Assembly (NCBI GenBank): GCA_965223905.1
Contig: CBDCXV010000001.1
Location: 1,632,001-1,696,000, forward strand
Length of the DNA: 64,000 bases
DNA from: Candidatus Latescibacterota bacterium
GTDB taxonomy: Bacteria > Latescibacterota > UBA2968 > UBA8231
Direction: 5' to 3'
Part shown: piece by piece, positions 50,705 to 60,404 of the stretch
Numbering within the stretch: position 1 is the first letter of the stretch
Layout of the letters: each line of letters begins with the position of its first letter
Translations under genes and position numbers: made by a program
Notes under the pieces: model-generated
Told to the model about the DNA's origin: nothing
The model's input: the letters and a program-made list of their open reading frames with translations, nothing else
The model's database searches: none

Positions 50705-51465
50705 CGCAGCACCTCGTCGAACCACTTCTGCGTCTGCTCGAGCTTCTCGAGGATGGCGGCGAACTCGCCGCCGTGGGCGATCAGCCGCGCCCCGCGCTCG
50801 TGAAGCTGCCCGATCATCTCCCGGTTGAGCGCCGGGCGGCCCCAGACCTTGCCGTGTTTCGCCGCGGCCTCGGCGACGCGGTCCTCGGCCTCCTCCAGGG
50901 TCATCGAGCCGTCGTACTTCAGTCTCAGGGACAGGTCGCCCGGGCCTACGAACAGGCCGTCCACCCCTTCCACCGCGGCGATCCCATCGACATTGGCGAC
51001 CGCCTGCGGCGACTCGATCTGGACGACGATGAAGGTCTCCTCGTTCGCCTGCCGCGGGTAGTCGGCTCCCCCCTGCAGGGCGTAGTCGCTGTCGAGGCCG
51101 GCGCCGTCGAAGCCGCGGTTTCCCAGCGGCGGAAACCTGGTCGCCTCGACGATCCAGCGCGCGTCCTCCTCGGTGGTGACGTGGGGAAACATCAAGCCGG
51201 TGGCGCCGTCTTCGAGATAGCGGTAGAGGCGCACCCGCTCCAGGGTAGGCGAGCGCAGCATGCAGTCGATGTCGAAGAGGTGGAAGAACCCCAACATCCC
51301 CTGCACCTCCCTTTGTTCCATGGCCCGGTGCTCGAGATCGAACCAGATGCAGTCGAACCCGAAATGGGAGGCGTGGCGGACGTAGGATGGAATGAAGCTG
51401 CCGAGGCCGCAGATGCGCACCGTCTCTCCGGCGCGGATGCGGGCCAGCACCTTGCTCTTTCTCAT
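50701..51465 (-). CDS. HpcH/HpaI aldolase family protein
   Basis: FDLEH, RFPPLGNRG, QIES, GPGDL. Confidence 0.92.
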   Translation of the reverse strand: MRKSKVLARIRAGETVRICGLGSFIPSYVRHASHFGFDCIWFDLEHRAMEQREVQGMLGFFHLFDIDCMLRSPTLERVRLYRYLEDGATGLMFPHVTTEEDARWIVEATRFPPLGNRGFDGAGLDSDYALQGGADYPRQANEETFIVVQIESPQAVANVDGIAAVEGVDGLFVGPGDLSLRLKYDGSMTLEEAEDRVAEAAAKHGKVWGRPALNREMIGQLHERGARLIAHGGEFAAILEKLEQTQKWFDEVLR

Positions 51466-51588
51466 GGGAACACCTTTCTCTCGGAAGTGGCGCTGCTCTG
51501 GTGTCGTGCCGCGCGCTGAATCAAGTTCATGGCCGCGGGTGATCGCAAGGGAGAAGCGGCCAGGCCCCATCCGGAAAGAGGTGACGGA

Positions 51589-53055
51589 ATGATGAAAGTC
51601 GCAACGGGAACCATCAGCCACGAGACCAGCACCTTCACGACCGTCGAGACCGACTGGGACAGCTACCGCAACGAGCGCTTCGGATACCTGCGCGGCCAGG
51701 AGGTCTTCGCCAAGTTCCGCGGCAGCAACACCGCGGTCGGGGGCTTTCTCGCCGGCGCCGAGGAGCACGGCTTCGAGCTGGTGCCGACGATCTTCGCCAA
51801 CGCCCACCCGAGCGGCCCGACGCCGCGGGCGATCTTCGACGAGATCCTCGACGACATGCTCTCCTCCATGCGGGAGATCGGCCCCGTCGACGGCGTGCTC
51901 CTCGACGTGCACGGGTCGATGGTCGCCGAGGGGATCGACGACGGCGAGGGTCACATCTTCGCCGCGGTTCGCGACCTCGTCGGTCCGTCGGTTCCCGTCA
52001 TCGCCCAGCTCGACATCCACTCGAACGTGTCGGGGCGCATGGTGGAGAACGTCGACGTGCTGCTCGGCCACCGCACCTATCCCGAGATCGACCAGGACGA
52101 GCGCGCCCGCCAGTGCGCCGGCATCCTCCACCGCATGCTGACGGACGGACTGAAGCCGGCTCTCGCCCTGCACCAGCTGCCGCTCTGCTGGGGGCTGAAC
52201 CAGGTGACCGCGCACCCGCCGATGAGCACCGCCATCGCCGAGCTCGAGCGCATCGAGGCCCTTCCCGAGGTGGTCTGCTGCTCGATCGCCACCTGCTACC
52301 CCCTGGCCGACCACCCCGACATGGGGGCTTCCGTCTACCTGGCGACCGACGGCGACCGCGGCCGCGCGCAGGAGCTGGCCGGCGAGCTGGGGGCCTGGAT
52401 CTGGGAACGGCGCGCCGGGTGGCCGGGATCGTCGCAGACCACCGCCGAAGCCATCGTCGAGGCCGACCGGATCGGGCGCTACCCGGCGATCTTCGCCGAC
52501 CGCAACGACAACACCGGCGGCGGCTCTCCCGGCGACAGCACCGGGCAGCTGCGCACCTTCCTCGAGGCGGGCCTGCGGGACGCCTGCGTGCTCTACATGG
52601 TCGATCCCGAGGCCGCGGCGAAATGCCACCAGGCCGGCGTCGGGGCAACGGTGGAGATGGCGGTTGGCGCCAGATCGACGCCGCTGCAGGGAGAGCCGGT
52701 GGAGATGAGGGCCGAGGTGGCCGCCCTGTCGGACGGGCGCTTCACCTACCGCGGGCCCCGCAACGCCGGTCTCGACGGGTTCATGGGTCCGTGCGCGCAC
52801 ATCGCCCAGGACGGCGTGCACGTCATCCTCACTACCGAGCGTGAGCAGCCTTTCGACACCGCCCTGTGCGAGTCGCTGGCCCTCGACCCCCGCGAGATGC
52901 GCTACCTCGGCATCAAGTCGTCCGCCCACTTCCGCGCCGGATTCGAGCCGTTCGCCGGCAGCATCCAGGTCGTAACCGAGCCCTCCGTGCACTCCGCCGA
53001 GGTGGTGGAGTTTCACCGGCTGGGGCGGAAGATCTACCCCTTTTCCGATTTCTGA
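51589..53055 (+). CDS. M81-family metallopeptidase (MlrC-like)
   Basis: HETSTF, DVHGSM, LDIHSN, TYPEID, DNTGGGSPGD, KSSAHFRAGF. Confidence 0.93.
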   Translation: MMKVATGTISHETSTFTTVETDWDSYRNERFGYLRGQEVFAKFRGSNTAVGGFLAGAEEHGFELVPTIFANAHPSGPTPRAIFDEILDDMLSSMREIGPVDGVLLDVHGSMVAEGIDDGEGHIFAAVRDLVGPSVPVIAQLDIHSNVSGRMVENVDVLLGHRTYPEIDQDERARQCAGILHRMLTDGLKPALALHQLPLCWGLNQVTAHPPMSTAIAELERIEALPEVVCCSIATCYPLADHPDMGASVYLATDGDRGRAQELAGELGAWIWERRAGWPGSSQTTAEAIVEADRIGRYPAIFADRNDNTGGGSPGDSTGQLRTFLEAGLRDACVLYMVDPEAAAKCHQAGVGATVEMAVGARSTPLQGEPVEMRAEVAALSDGRFTYRGPRNAGLDGFMGPCAHIAQDGVHVILTTEREQPFDTALCESLALDPREMRYLGIKSSAHFRAGFEPFAGSIQVVTEPSVHSAEVVEFHRLGRKIYPFSDF

Positions 53056-53199
53056 GCGGGAGCCGCGGCCGGGTGCGATTCTACCCGCACAGTGCCATGC
53101 ACGACCTGCTTCCTGCGCGCGCGATTCCCCGTGAATTCGGCCGTTTGCATTACGCTCGCAGGCACTACCTGCCGAGGCTGTCGCCACGGATTTTGCCGG

Positions 53200-53540
53200 T
53201 GGAAGCTCGCCTGACAGCTGCGCTCGCGATCGCTCTCCTGGCCGGGGTCCCCCGCGGCGCCGGAGCCGCGGAACCGCTCTCCTTCGAGGACGCCTCGGCG
53301 AACCTGCGGGGCGACCATCCGGAGGAGCGCTCCCGCGACATCGGCTGGAACGGAGCGGCCTGGTTCGATTTCGACCGCGACGGTCTCCTCGACCTGTTCG
53401 TCGCGCGCGGCACCTCGCAGAGCAACGCCCTGTTCCGCAACCTCGGGGACGACGGAAAAGAGCTCGGCAGTGGCGTCTACTTTTTCCGCCTGCGAACCGA
53501 CCGCGGCGTCGCCGCGCGCAAACTCCTGATATTGAGGTAG
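53200..53540 (+). pseudogene. Collapsed CRTAC1/FG-GAP secreted protein: first repeat fused to a T9SS/FlgD-like C-terminal tail
   Basis: Signal peptide, GAAWFDFDRDGLLDLFV...LFRNLG joined to DDGKELGSGVYFFRL...RKLLILR*. Confidence 0.7.
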
Positions 53541-53547
53541 GACCGCC

Positions 53548-55128
53548 ATGCCCCAACCGCGCATCCTGTTCGAGAACGACTCGCGCCATACCCTCATCTA
53601 CATGTACGAGCCCCCGATCTCGGTGGAGGACCACCGGCAGGCGATCGACGAGCTGCTCGGCACCCCGGTGGAAGCGCTGCTCTTCAACCTCGGGTACGGC
53701 AACGCCTTCCTGCACGGCACCGAGGCCGGCGAGCGCTGGGGCCCGGACGCCTTCGCCACCGAACCGTTCCGCCCGGGCGGCGGCAGGCAGTGGGAGCACG
53801 TCGTCTTCATGCGCGCCTACCGCAATGCCGCCAAGCTGATCGCCGAGGGGAACGACCCGCTGCGCCTGGTCTGCGAGCGCGCCCACGAGCACGGGCTGCT
53901 GCTCTACCCGTCGTTGCAGGCGAACGCCGCCCTGCCGGAAGAGGAGCTCACCATCGGGGCCGGGGCCGGCCTCGACGACGGCTTCCCCGGGGCGCAGCTG
54001 GGCGACTTCAGGCACGCCGAGGTGCGCGCCCGCCGGCTCGCCCTGATCGAAGAGGTGGTCGGCAACTACGACGTCGACGGCTTCGAGCTGAACCTCGGCC
54101 ACTACGCCGGCAGCTGTTTCTTCCACCCGGAATTCGCCGCGGACAGGGGGCGGGAGGTGTTCTCGGGATTCCTCGCCGAGGTGAGCGCCGCGGTGCGCGG
54201 CAGCGGGCCGGGCCGCGAGCTGGCGGTCCGCCTGCCGGCGAGCCCGGCGCAGTACGAGCCGCTGGGATTCGACCCGGCCGAGTGGTGCCGGCAGGGGCTG
54301 GTCGACGTCATCCTGGGGGAAAGCGCGGCCGGGGCCGCGGTCACCGACCCCACCGTCGATTTCCGGCCGCTGCTGAAGTGCGCCGAGGGGAGCGGCTGCC
54401 GGGTGCACGGGGTCCTGCGCAACCACGTCGACTCAGACCGCCTGGACACCGCCCCGATCGAGATGATCCGCGCCGCGGCCTGCAACTACTGGGAGCAGGG
54501 GGTCGACGGGCTGTGCTGCGCCCACTGGTGCGGCAACTGGCCGTACGGGCCGGAGTTCTACGAGCAGCTTCGGGAGCTGCCGTTCCCGGAGGTGATGGCG
54601 GCAAAGGACAAGATCTACGCGATCCCTACGGTCACCGGGCGCTCCCCCGAACCCTCGGCCGGCAACCAGCTTCCGGCCCCCCTCGAGCCAGGCATGCCCG
54701 CGCGCATGCGGCTGCCGGTCAGCGACGACCTTCCCCGGTGGGAGGCCGCCGGGCGCCTGCACGAGGTGATCCTGAGAATCCGCATCACCCGCGTCACCGA
54801 GCGCGACCGCTTCCGCTTCACCTTCAACGGCCGCGAGCTGCCCGCCGACTGCCTGCGCAGGATCGACCACGTCTACCAGATCAGCGCCCCCCGCTTCCGC
54901 TCGCACTCGAGCTACTGGTTCGTGTTCAAGCTCGGTCCAGGTCACCGGCCGCGGCGTGGGGGCAACGATATCGAGGTGACCCTGCTGGAACGGGATCCCG
55001 AGGTCACCCCGGAAATGGCGGTGCGCGACGTCGAGCTGGAGATCCGCTACCTGCGCGGCAGGAGCTACCACCGCGGGGAGCACAACACCGACCCCGACCT
55101 GGGGCCGTACCAGCACGCCAGCTCCTGA
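53548..55128 (+). CDS. Glycoside hydrolase-like (GHL10/DUF187-like) protein
   Basis: ILFEND, YDVDGFEL, WCRQGLVD, YWEQGVDG. Confidence 0.75.
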   Translation: MPQPRILFENDSRHTLIYMYEPPISVEDHRQAIDELLGTPVEALLFNLGYGNAFLHGTEAGERWGPDAFATEPFRPGGGRQWEHVVFMRAYRNAAKLIAEGNDPLRLVCERAHEHGLLLYPSLQANAALPEEELTIGAGAGLDDGFPGAQLGDFRHAEVRARRLALIEEVVGNYDVDGFELNLGHYAGSCFFHPEFAADRGREVFSGFLAEVSAAVRGSGPGRELAVRLPASPAQYEPLGFDPAEWCRQGLVDVILGESAAGAAVTDPTVDFRPLLKCAEGSGCRVHGVLRNHVDSDRLDTAPIEMIRAAACNYWEQGVDGLCCAHWCGNWPYGPEFYEQLRELPFPEVMAAKDKIYAIPTVTGRSPEPSAGNQLPAPLEPGMPARMRLPVSDDLPRWEAAGRLHEVILRIRITRVTERDRFRFTFNGRELPADCLRRIDHVYQISAPRFRSHSSYWFVFKLGPGHRPRRGGNDIEVTLLERDPEVTPEMAVRDVELEIRYLRGRSYHRGEHNTDPDLGPYQHASS

Positions 55129-55415
55129 GGTGCCTCGAAGGAGGATAGTCCCCTGAGGCTGGCGGGGCGCCGTTGTTTCACGAGCGATAGTCCGGTAGCT
55201 CGAAAAATGCCTGTTTGCGACGTCGGGCATTGGCTTTCAGGGTAGCGCCCTGTTCGCCCACCGCGATCGCTCACCTGATCAGGCCCGTCCATGGGCGGCC
55301 ATGCCAATGGGATGCACCTGCTCGAGGACTGCAGGCGCTTCCACAGGATCTACCGCCTTCCAACCGACGTTGAGACCAGTGTGAGGTCCGCCCACCTCGA
55401 TCCGCCTGGATCTTT

Positions 55416-56005
55416 TCAGCCGGCGCCGGCCAGCCAGCGCATGACCCCCTCGAGAAGCCTTCGCTCCGCGCCCCCGACCGGGTCGAAATGCGGGTGGAAT
55501 TGAACCCCCGAATACGACCCTTCCCTTGCCGACCTCCCCGGCCACCGCGACCGGCCGGGCCGGCCAGAGCCGTTGTGCACCAGGACAAGCCCCTTGATCC
55601 CCGGCTCGAGGGAGGCGCCCTGATAGAAGTCGCTCGCGAACCCCGTTTCGCCGGCCACGTCCCCGAATCGCCGGATGTCCGCCCCAAACGACCAGTTCTC
55701 CGGCCGTGTCTTCCGGTTTCCCTGACGGATCGCCCCAAACCGCCACTTCAGGAAGGGGTGGGACGAAGCGACCCAGCTCTCGTCGAGGACCTGCCGGGAA
55801 TCGATGGTCAGCAGGCTGCCGCCTTCTTCGACATGTTCGCGCAGGCGGGACCAGAAACGATGTCCGGGGCCGAACTTCCTTTGAAAGTTGTGGAAGAAGA
55901 GCAGGTCCGCGGTTGCGAGGTAGTTGAACGGGGTATCGATCCTGCCGTTGCCGTGACCGAGCATGGTCTCGGTCTCGAACAGGCCGAGGGCGTCGATCGA
56001 TCTCT
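55416..56005 (-). pseudogene. 3' remnant of an unknown gene (glutamine-amidotransferase-like fold suspected)
   Basis: No start; LREHVEEGGSLL, VAVAGEVGKGRVVFGG (shifted frame), ERRLLEGVMRWLAG*. Confidence 0.5.
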
Positions 56006-56881
56006 CTACACGGAATCGATGAACTCGAGGATGGCCTGCGCCAGCTCCTGCGGCTTGTGATAGCCGATGTCGTGGATGGTGTCCGGTATCCAGTGCACGC
56101 GGCAGCCGGGGATGGCATCGGCGGCCAGTTTCACCAGGCGCCTGCGGTCGCGGTCGAACTCGCTGTCGGTTTCCGGGAGCCCGGAACCTGCAGGCACGAT
56201 CAGCGTCGGACACCCGATGCGCGGCCAGTATTCGGAGGTTGGGTCGTCCCACATCGCGCGCAGAACCTGCGCCTGGTTGCCGGAACGCAGTATGTCGTAT
56301 ATCTGCCCGTCGCGCTCGAATACCATGGTCTGCACGATACGCTCGACCTCGCTGTTCCAGCAGACCTCGAGCTGGCCGCGGATGCGCGCCAGGAACTCGG
56401 AGCGCGTGCCCGAAACGTCGCGCGGCGCAAACCTGCGGCTGAAATCTTTCCAGGTTCCGCCCGGCACCATCTGCGGACCGACGAAGCCGCCGTCTACCAG
56501 TACCAGGGCCTTGATGCGCTCGGGGAAGTATGCGGCCGTGCCGACGGCGACGTTGCCGCCCCAGGAGTGCCCGAGCAGGACCGCCTGCTCGATACCGAGC
56601 GCATCGAGCAGACCGACCGCGTCGGATGCGAGCGAACGCCAGTCGTAGCCGTCGCCGGCCTGCGTCGTGCGGCCGTGGCCGCGCTGATCGGGGGCGACGA
56701 TGCGGAATCTTTCGCACAGGAACGGAGCCAGGAGGTCGTACCAGTGGGCGGAAGAGGCCAGCCCGTGCAGCGCCAGCACGGGGGCGCCGCCGCCGCCCCA
56801 GTCGAGGTACCGCATCCGCAGGGAGCGCACCTCGGCCCACCCTTCGACGGGCCGGTGCTTCCCGGAAAAGGACACTGTCAT
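56006..56881 (-). CDS. Alpha/beta hydrolase
   Basis: LHG, DQRGHG, GHSWGG, C-terminal His. Confidence 0.92.
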   Translation of the reverse strand: MTVSFSGKHRPVEGWAEVRSLRMRYLDWGGGGAPVLALHGLASSAHWYDLLAPFLCERFRIVAPDQRGHGRTTQAGDGYDWRSLASDAVGLLDALGIEQAVLLGHSWGGNVAVGTAAYFPERIKALVLVDGGFVGPQMVPGGTWKDFSRRFAPRDVSGTRSEFLARIRGQLEVCWNSEVERIVQTMVFERDGQIYDILRSGNQAQVLRAMWDDPTSEYWPRIGCPTLIVPAGSGLPETDSEFDRDRRRLVKLAADAIPGCRVHWIPDTIHDIGYHKPQELAQAILEFIDSV

Positions 56882-57059
56882 ATGAATCGAACTCCTCAAG
56901 GGGATGAAGTTGCAGCAACCGGGAGCACCGAAAATAAGAAACCTGTCGTCGATACTCCGCCAGGGAGCCCTTCCGTCCTGCAAGCAGGGGGCAGAGATGC
57001 CCGGGTTTCGTCAGGGAGCCCGGCGGGAGAAACCTGCTTCATTGGGCCCTGAAACCGGA

Positions 57060-58781
57060 ATGAGCGACGACACCCTTGCCCGCGACCTGATCCGGATCGA
57101 CGGCCGGCCCTACGGGCACTACCGGGACCTGCGCGGCCGCGGCTACGCGCTGGGACCCTGCACCCTGCGCTTCGAGCACGTGCAGGGGGATCCCTTCGCC
57201 GCGCCCAGCCGGCTGCGCATCGATGTCCCCTCCGAGGTGCTGGGGCTGCCGGCCTGGGCTCGCCGCGGCCGGGAGGCGCGCCGCGCCACCGCGGACTTCC
57301 TGCAGCGGGCGCTGCGTACTGCCCTCGCCCGGGCCGCGGGCGGGGCGGGCAGCGGCAGGAGCGGCCTGCTCGAGATCAGCCCGGCCGGGCAGGAGGTCCT
57401 GGAGCGGACCGGCGTCGTGGTCGATGCCGACGGCGGCGGCCGCGTCCGCCTGTGCGCGGGTCTGCCCGCGGCGGGCCGCCGCATCCTCGGCCGGGAAGCC
57501 GCCGGCCTCCTGACCAAGCGCCTGTATTCCGCTCTCCTCGCCGCGGCCGGCCGCCTCGACTCCGAGGCCCTGCGGGCCCACGTCGACGCCGTGGAGGACC
57601 AGGTCGCCCTGCGTTCACAGCTCCGCGAGCATGGACTGATCGCCTTTCTCGCCGAGGGCAGCGTGCTGCCGCGGCGCAGCGGCGTCGACCCGCGGCCGCT
57701 CCAGGATGGGCTGCCGCTGCAGGTCCCCGATGCCCTGGCGGTCGAGCTGCAGGCGCCGCACGCCGGCAAGCTGCGCGGCATGGGGATACGCGCCGGGGTC
57801 ACCCTGATCGTCGGCGGCGGCTATCACGGCAAGTCGACGCTGCTGCGGGCGCTCGCCCTCGGCATCTACGACCACGTTCCCGGGGACGGGCGCGAGCGCT
57901 GCGTCTCTGCGGCGGAGCTGGTGAGCGTGCGCGCCGAGGACGGCCGCTCGGTGCGCGGCGTCTGCCTGACCCCCTTCATCCGCGACCTGCCGCTGGGTCG
58001 GGAGACGGGCTTCTTCGACAGCGACGAGGCCTCCGGGAGCACCTCCCAGGCCGCGGCCATCGTAGAGGCGCTCGAGGCCGGGGCGACCGGACTGCTGATC
58101 GACGAGGACACCGCGGCGACCAACTTCATGATCCGCGACGCCCGCATGCGCCGCCTGGTCCCGGGGGACCGCGAGCCGATCACCCCCTTCATCGACCGCG
58201 TGCGCCAGCTCTGGGAAACCCGCGGCGTGTCCTCGGTGCTTGTGGTGGGCGGGGCCGGAGACTACCTCGACGTCGCCGACTGCGTCATCCGGATGGACGA
58301 CTACCAGCCCCGCGACGTCACCGCGCGGGCGCGGGAGGTCGCGGCCGGCCGGCCGCTGGGAGAGGCGGAACCGCGCCCACCCGACGACTGGACTCCCGCG
58401 GCGGCGCGGGTACCCCTGCCCGGCGGTCTCGACCCTCGCCGCGGCCGCAGAGCCGAGAGGGTGCGGGCGCTGAAGACGCGATCGATCGAGTTCGGTACCG
58501 AAGAGATCGACGTCGGCCTGCTGTTTCAGATCGTCGACCCGGCACAGTGCCGCACGATCGGCGACGCGCTGCTTCGGCTGGCGCGCGGGCTGTGCGACGG
58601 ACGGCGCGACCTGCCCCGGATCCTGGCGGCGCTCGAGGAGGAGATGCGGGCAGGGGGTCTGGAGGCTCTGGCAGAGCCGGGGTTCGGCGACCGGGCCCGG
58701 GCCCGCGGCTTCGAGATCGCCGCGGCGCTCAACCGCCTGCGCAGCCTGCGCGTGGCCGCGCCGGGCCCGGATCAAACCTGA
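57060..58781 (+). CDS. Predicted ABC-class ATPase (MRB1590-like family)
   Basis: HVQGDPFAAPS, LPRRSG, GGGYHGKST, RAEDGR, ASGSTSQAA, DEDT, AAALNRLR. Confidence 0.92.
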   Translation: MSDDTLARDLIRIDGRPYGHYRDLRGRGYALGPCTLRFEHVQGDPFAAPSRLRIDVPSEVLGLPAWARRGREARRATADFLQRALRTALARAAGGAGSGRSGLLEISPAGQEVLERTGVVVDADGGGRVRLCAGLPAAGRRILGREAAGLLTKRLYSALLAAAGRLDSEALRAHVDAVEDQVALRSQLREHGLIAFLAEGSVLPRRSGVDPRPLQDGLPLQVPDALAVELQAPHAGKLRGMGIRAGVTLIVGGGYHGKSTLLRALALGIYDHVPGDGRERCVSAAELVSVRAEDGRSVRGVCLTPFIRDLPLGRETGFFDSDEASGSTSQAAAIVEALEAGATGLLIDEDTAATNFMIRDARMRRLVPGDREPITPFIDRVRQLWETRGVSSVLVVGGAGDYLDVADCVIRMDDYQPRDVTARAREVAAGRPLGEAEPRPPDDWTPAAARVPLPGGLDPRRGRRAERVRALKTRSIEFGTEEIDVGLLFQIVDPAQCRTIGDALLRLARGLCDGRRDLPRILAALEEEMRAGGLEALAEPGFGDRARARGFEIAAALNRLRSLRVAAPGPDQT

Positions 58782-58900
58782 GCGGCGTCGAACCTCTCCT
58801 GCAGGCGAGCCGGCGCGGCGGCAGGACGCCACCGGGCGGGCGAGAGGTAGAAGTAGGACCTCGCCCTGCCCGAAGTGCCCGGCGAGGGGAGAGGCGGTCT

Positions 58901-58933
58901 TTGTCCTTTCCGGATTAGTGATTATAATCACTA
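58901..58933 (+). promoter_or_regulatory. Sigma70-like promoter with overlapping 18-bp palindromic operator
   Basis: TTGTCC (58901) - 16 nt - TATAAT (58923); perfect palindrome TAGTGATTATAATCACTA at 58916-58933. Confidence 0.75.
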
Positions 58934-58938
58934 TTACC

Positions 58939-59628
58939 ATGCAAACCCGGGAAATGGAGGATGTATTCGCGGCCGCGGCCCGGCTGCAGGAGTTGGTGTC
59001 CGACGCCGTCCTGATCGGTGGTTCCGCGGCCGTGCACCACGCCGGACATCGGATATCGCTCGACGACGCCCACGTCGTCCGGCACCTGCGCGATCGCTTC
59101 GACGACGTTCTGGCGGATCTCGAGGCAACCGAGGGTTGGATCACCGCGCGAGTCCAGCGGCCGGTGCTGATCCTCGGACGTCTCGACGGTGTGGAAACGG
59201 GGATTCGGAACCTCATCCGCCGGCTGCCTTTGGAGGTCGAAGAGATAGCGATCGGGGAACGCACCTTGCGAGTACCGACCCTGTCCGAGATCGCCCGCAT
59301 CAAGGCGTGGCTCTGCCTGATGCGCAATGCGACCCGCGACTATCTCGATTTCGCCGCCCTTGGAGACCGACTTGGCGATACGGATGCAGTTGGCGTGATC
59401 CTGGAGATGGACCAGTACTACGCCGATCAACTCGGTCCAGGTGGCCGCCGTGTCGCCACCCAGGTCGCCAGGCAACTGGCGGAGCCCCGTCCCGACGACC
59501 TGTCGGAAGTAGATCTAGTTTCCTATCGAAGACTTGAACTTCGGTGGCACGACTGGCAGACTGTCGTCGACGCTTGCCGCCGAATCGCCGTCAAAGTCCT
59601 CGACCGGCTCGCGGAGGATTCGCTGTGA
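58939..59628 (+). CDS. Nucleotidyltransferase-fold protein (AbiEii/MenT-like toxin candidate)
   Basis: LIGGSA, HRISLD, RIK, RNATRDYLD motifs. Confidence 0.75.
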   Translation: MQTREMEDVFAAAARLQELVSDAVLIGGSAAVHHAGHRISLDDAHVVRHLRDRFDDVLADLEATEGWITARVQRPVLILGRLDGVETGIRNLIRRLPLEVEEIAIGERTLRVPTLSEIARIKAWLCLMRNATRDYLDFAALGDRLGDTDAVGVILEMDQYYADQLGPGGRRVATQVARQLAEPRPDDLSEVDLVSYRRLELRWHDWQTVVDACRRIAVKVLDRLAEDSL

Positions 59629-60125
59629 ACCATCGCCACCTGGAGGTTGTGTCCGGCACTCCGGTAGAAGCGCAACCGCTGGCTGCCATCGTCGACATTC
59701 TGCAACGAGGCGATCTCGACGAGTGGCGGCCGATCGCCATGGCGATTCTCCGGGATCCGATGGGTGAGTTTGCCGGCAAGGTGTTGCGCCTGGTAGACGC
59801 TTACCCGATGTACGGGACCTCCTCGCTCTGGCGGTCGTGGATCGACCGTTGCCGGGCGCGCGCTGAGAACGGCGCGCTGTCGAGGGAGGTGAAACCTTCG
59901 ACCCTCCGGCGACGCCTGGGGCTGACCCAGGTCGAGGTCGCCGGTCGAATGGGTATCTCCCAGTCCGACCTGTCCAAGCTCGAGCGCCGGCGCGATCTGC
60001 GGCTGTCCACGCTGCGGTCGTACGCGCAGGCCCTCGGGGGCGGCATTCGGGTTCTCTTTGTTTCGGGCGACGGCACCACGGCCATCCGGCTGGACGGCAC
60101 GGACGGCACGGACGGCAAAAGTTGA
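59625..60125 (+). CDS. XRE-family HTH protein (antitoxin candidate)
   Basis: GTGA overlap with the upstream stop; LRRRLGLTQVEVAGRMGISQSDLSKLE. Confidence 0.85.
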   Translation: MNHRHLEVVSGTPVEAQPLAAIVDILQRGDLDEWRPIAMAILRDPMGEFAGKVLRLVDAYPMYGTSSLWRSWIDRCRARAENGALSREVKPSTLRRRLGLTQVEVAGRMGISQSDLSKLERRRDLRLSTLRSYAQALGGGIRVLFVSGDGTTAIRLDGTDGTDGKS

Positions 60126-60404
60126 CCCAACCGGCGGCGAGGTCCAATATCTCTCTCTCTTGGTTTTCCTGACGCGACAGGAAACAATACCTCCGCCGGC
60201 CCATCCCTTCTCCATCATCCTCGACACTGCAGGCCAGGCGGGGTCTGCAGCGATGATTCCCCTTCTCTTTCAGCCCTGGGCTCACCATGAAATATCTGCT
60301 GGCGCAGGTCTCCGCCGAGGAGCCCGAACGTGGCAGCTGCTGCGGAACCACCAGCCAAGGTCAACGGTTCCATAGATACCACAACAACAACAACCTCGAA
60401 GTTC

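Noticed and set aside
50701-54426. 1241-aa ORF
   Set aside because: Only the last 254 aa (HpcH, from 51465) are real; the rest is antisense to the M81 and GH-like genes.
60093-60395. GGACGGCAC x3 and (ACA)n microrepeats
   Set aside because: Short slippage repeats in a protein tail and an intergenic region; no functional evidence.
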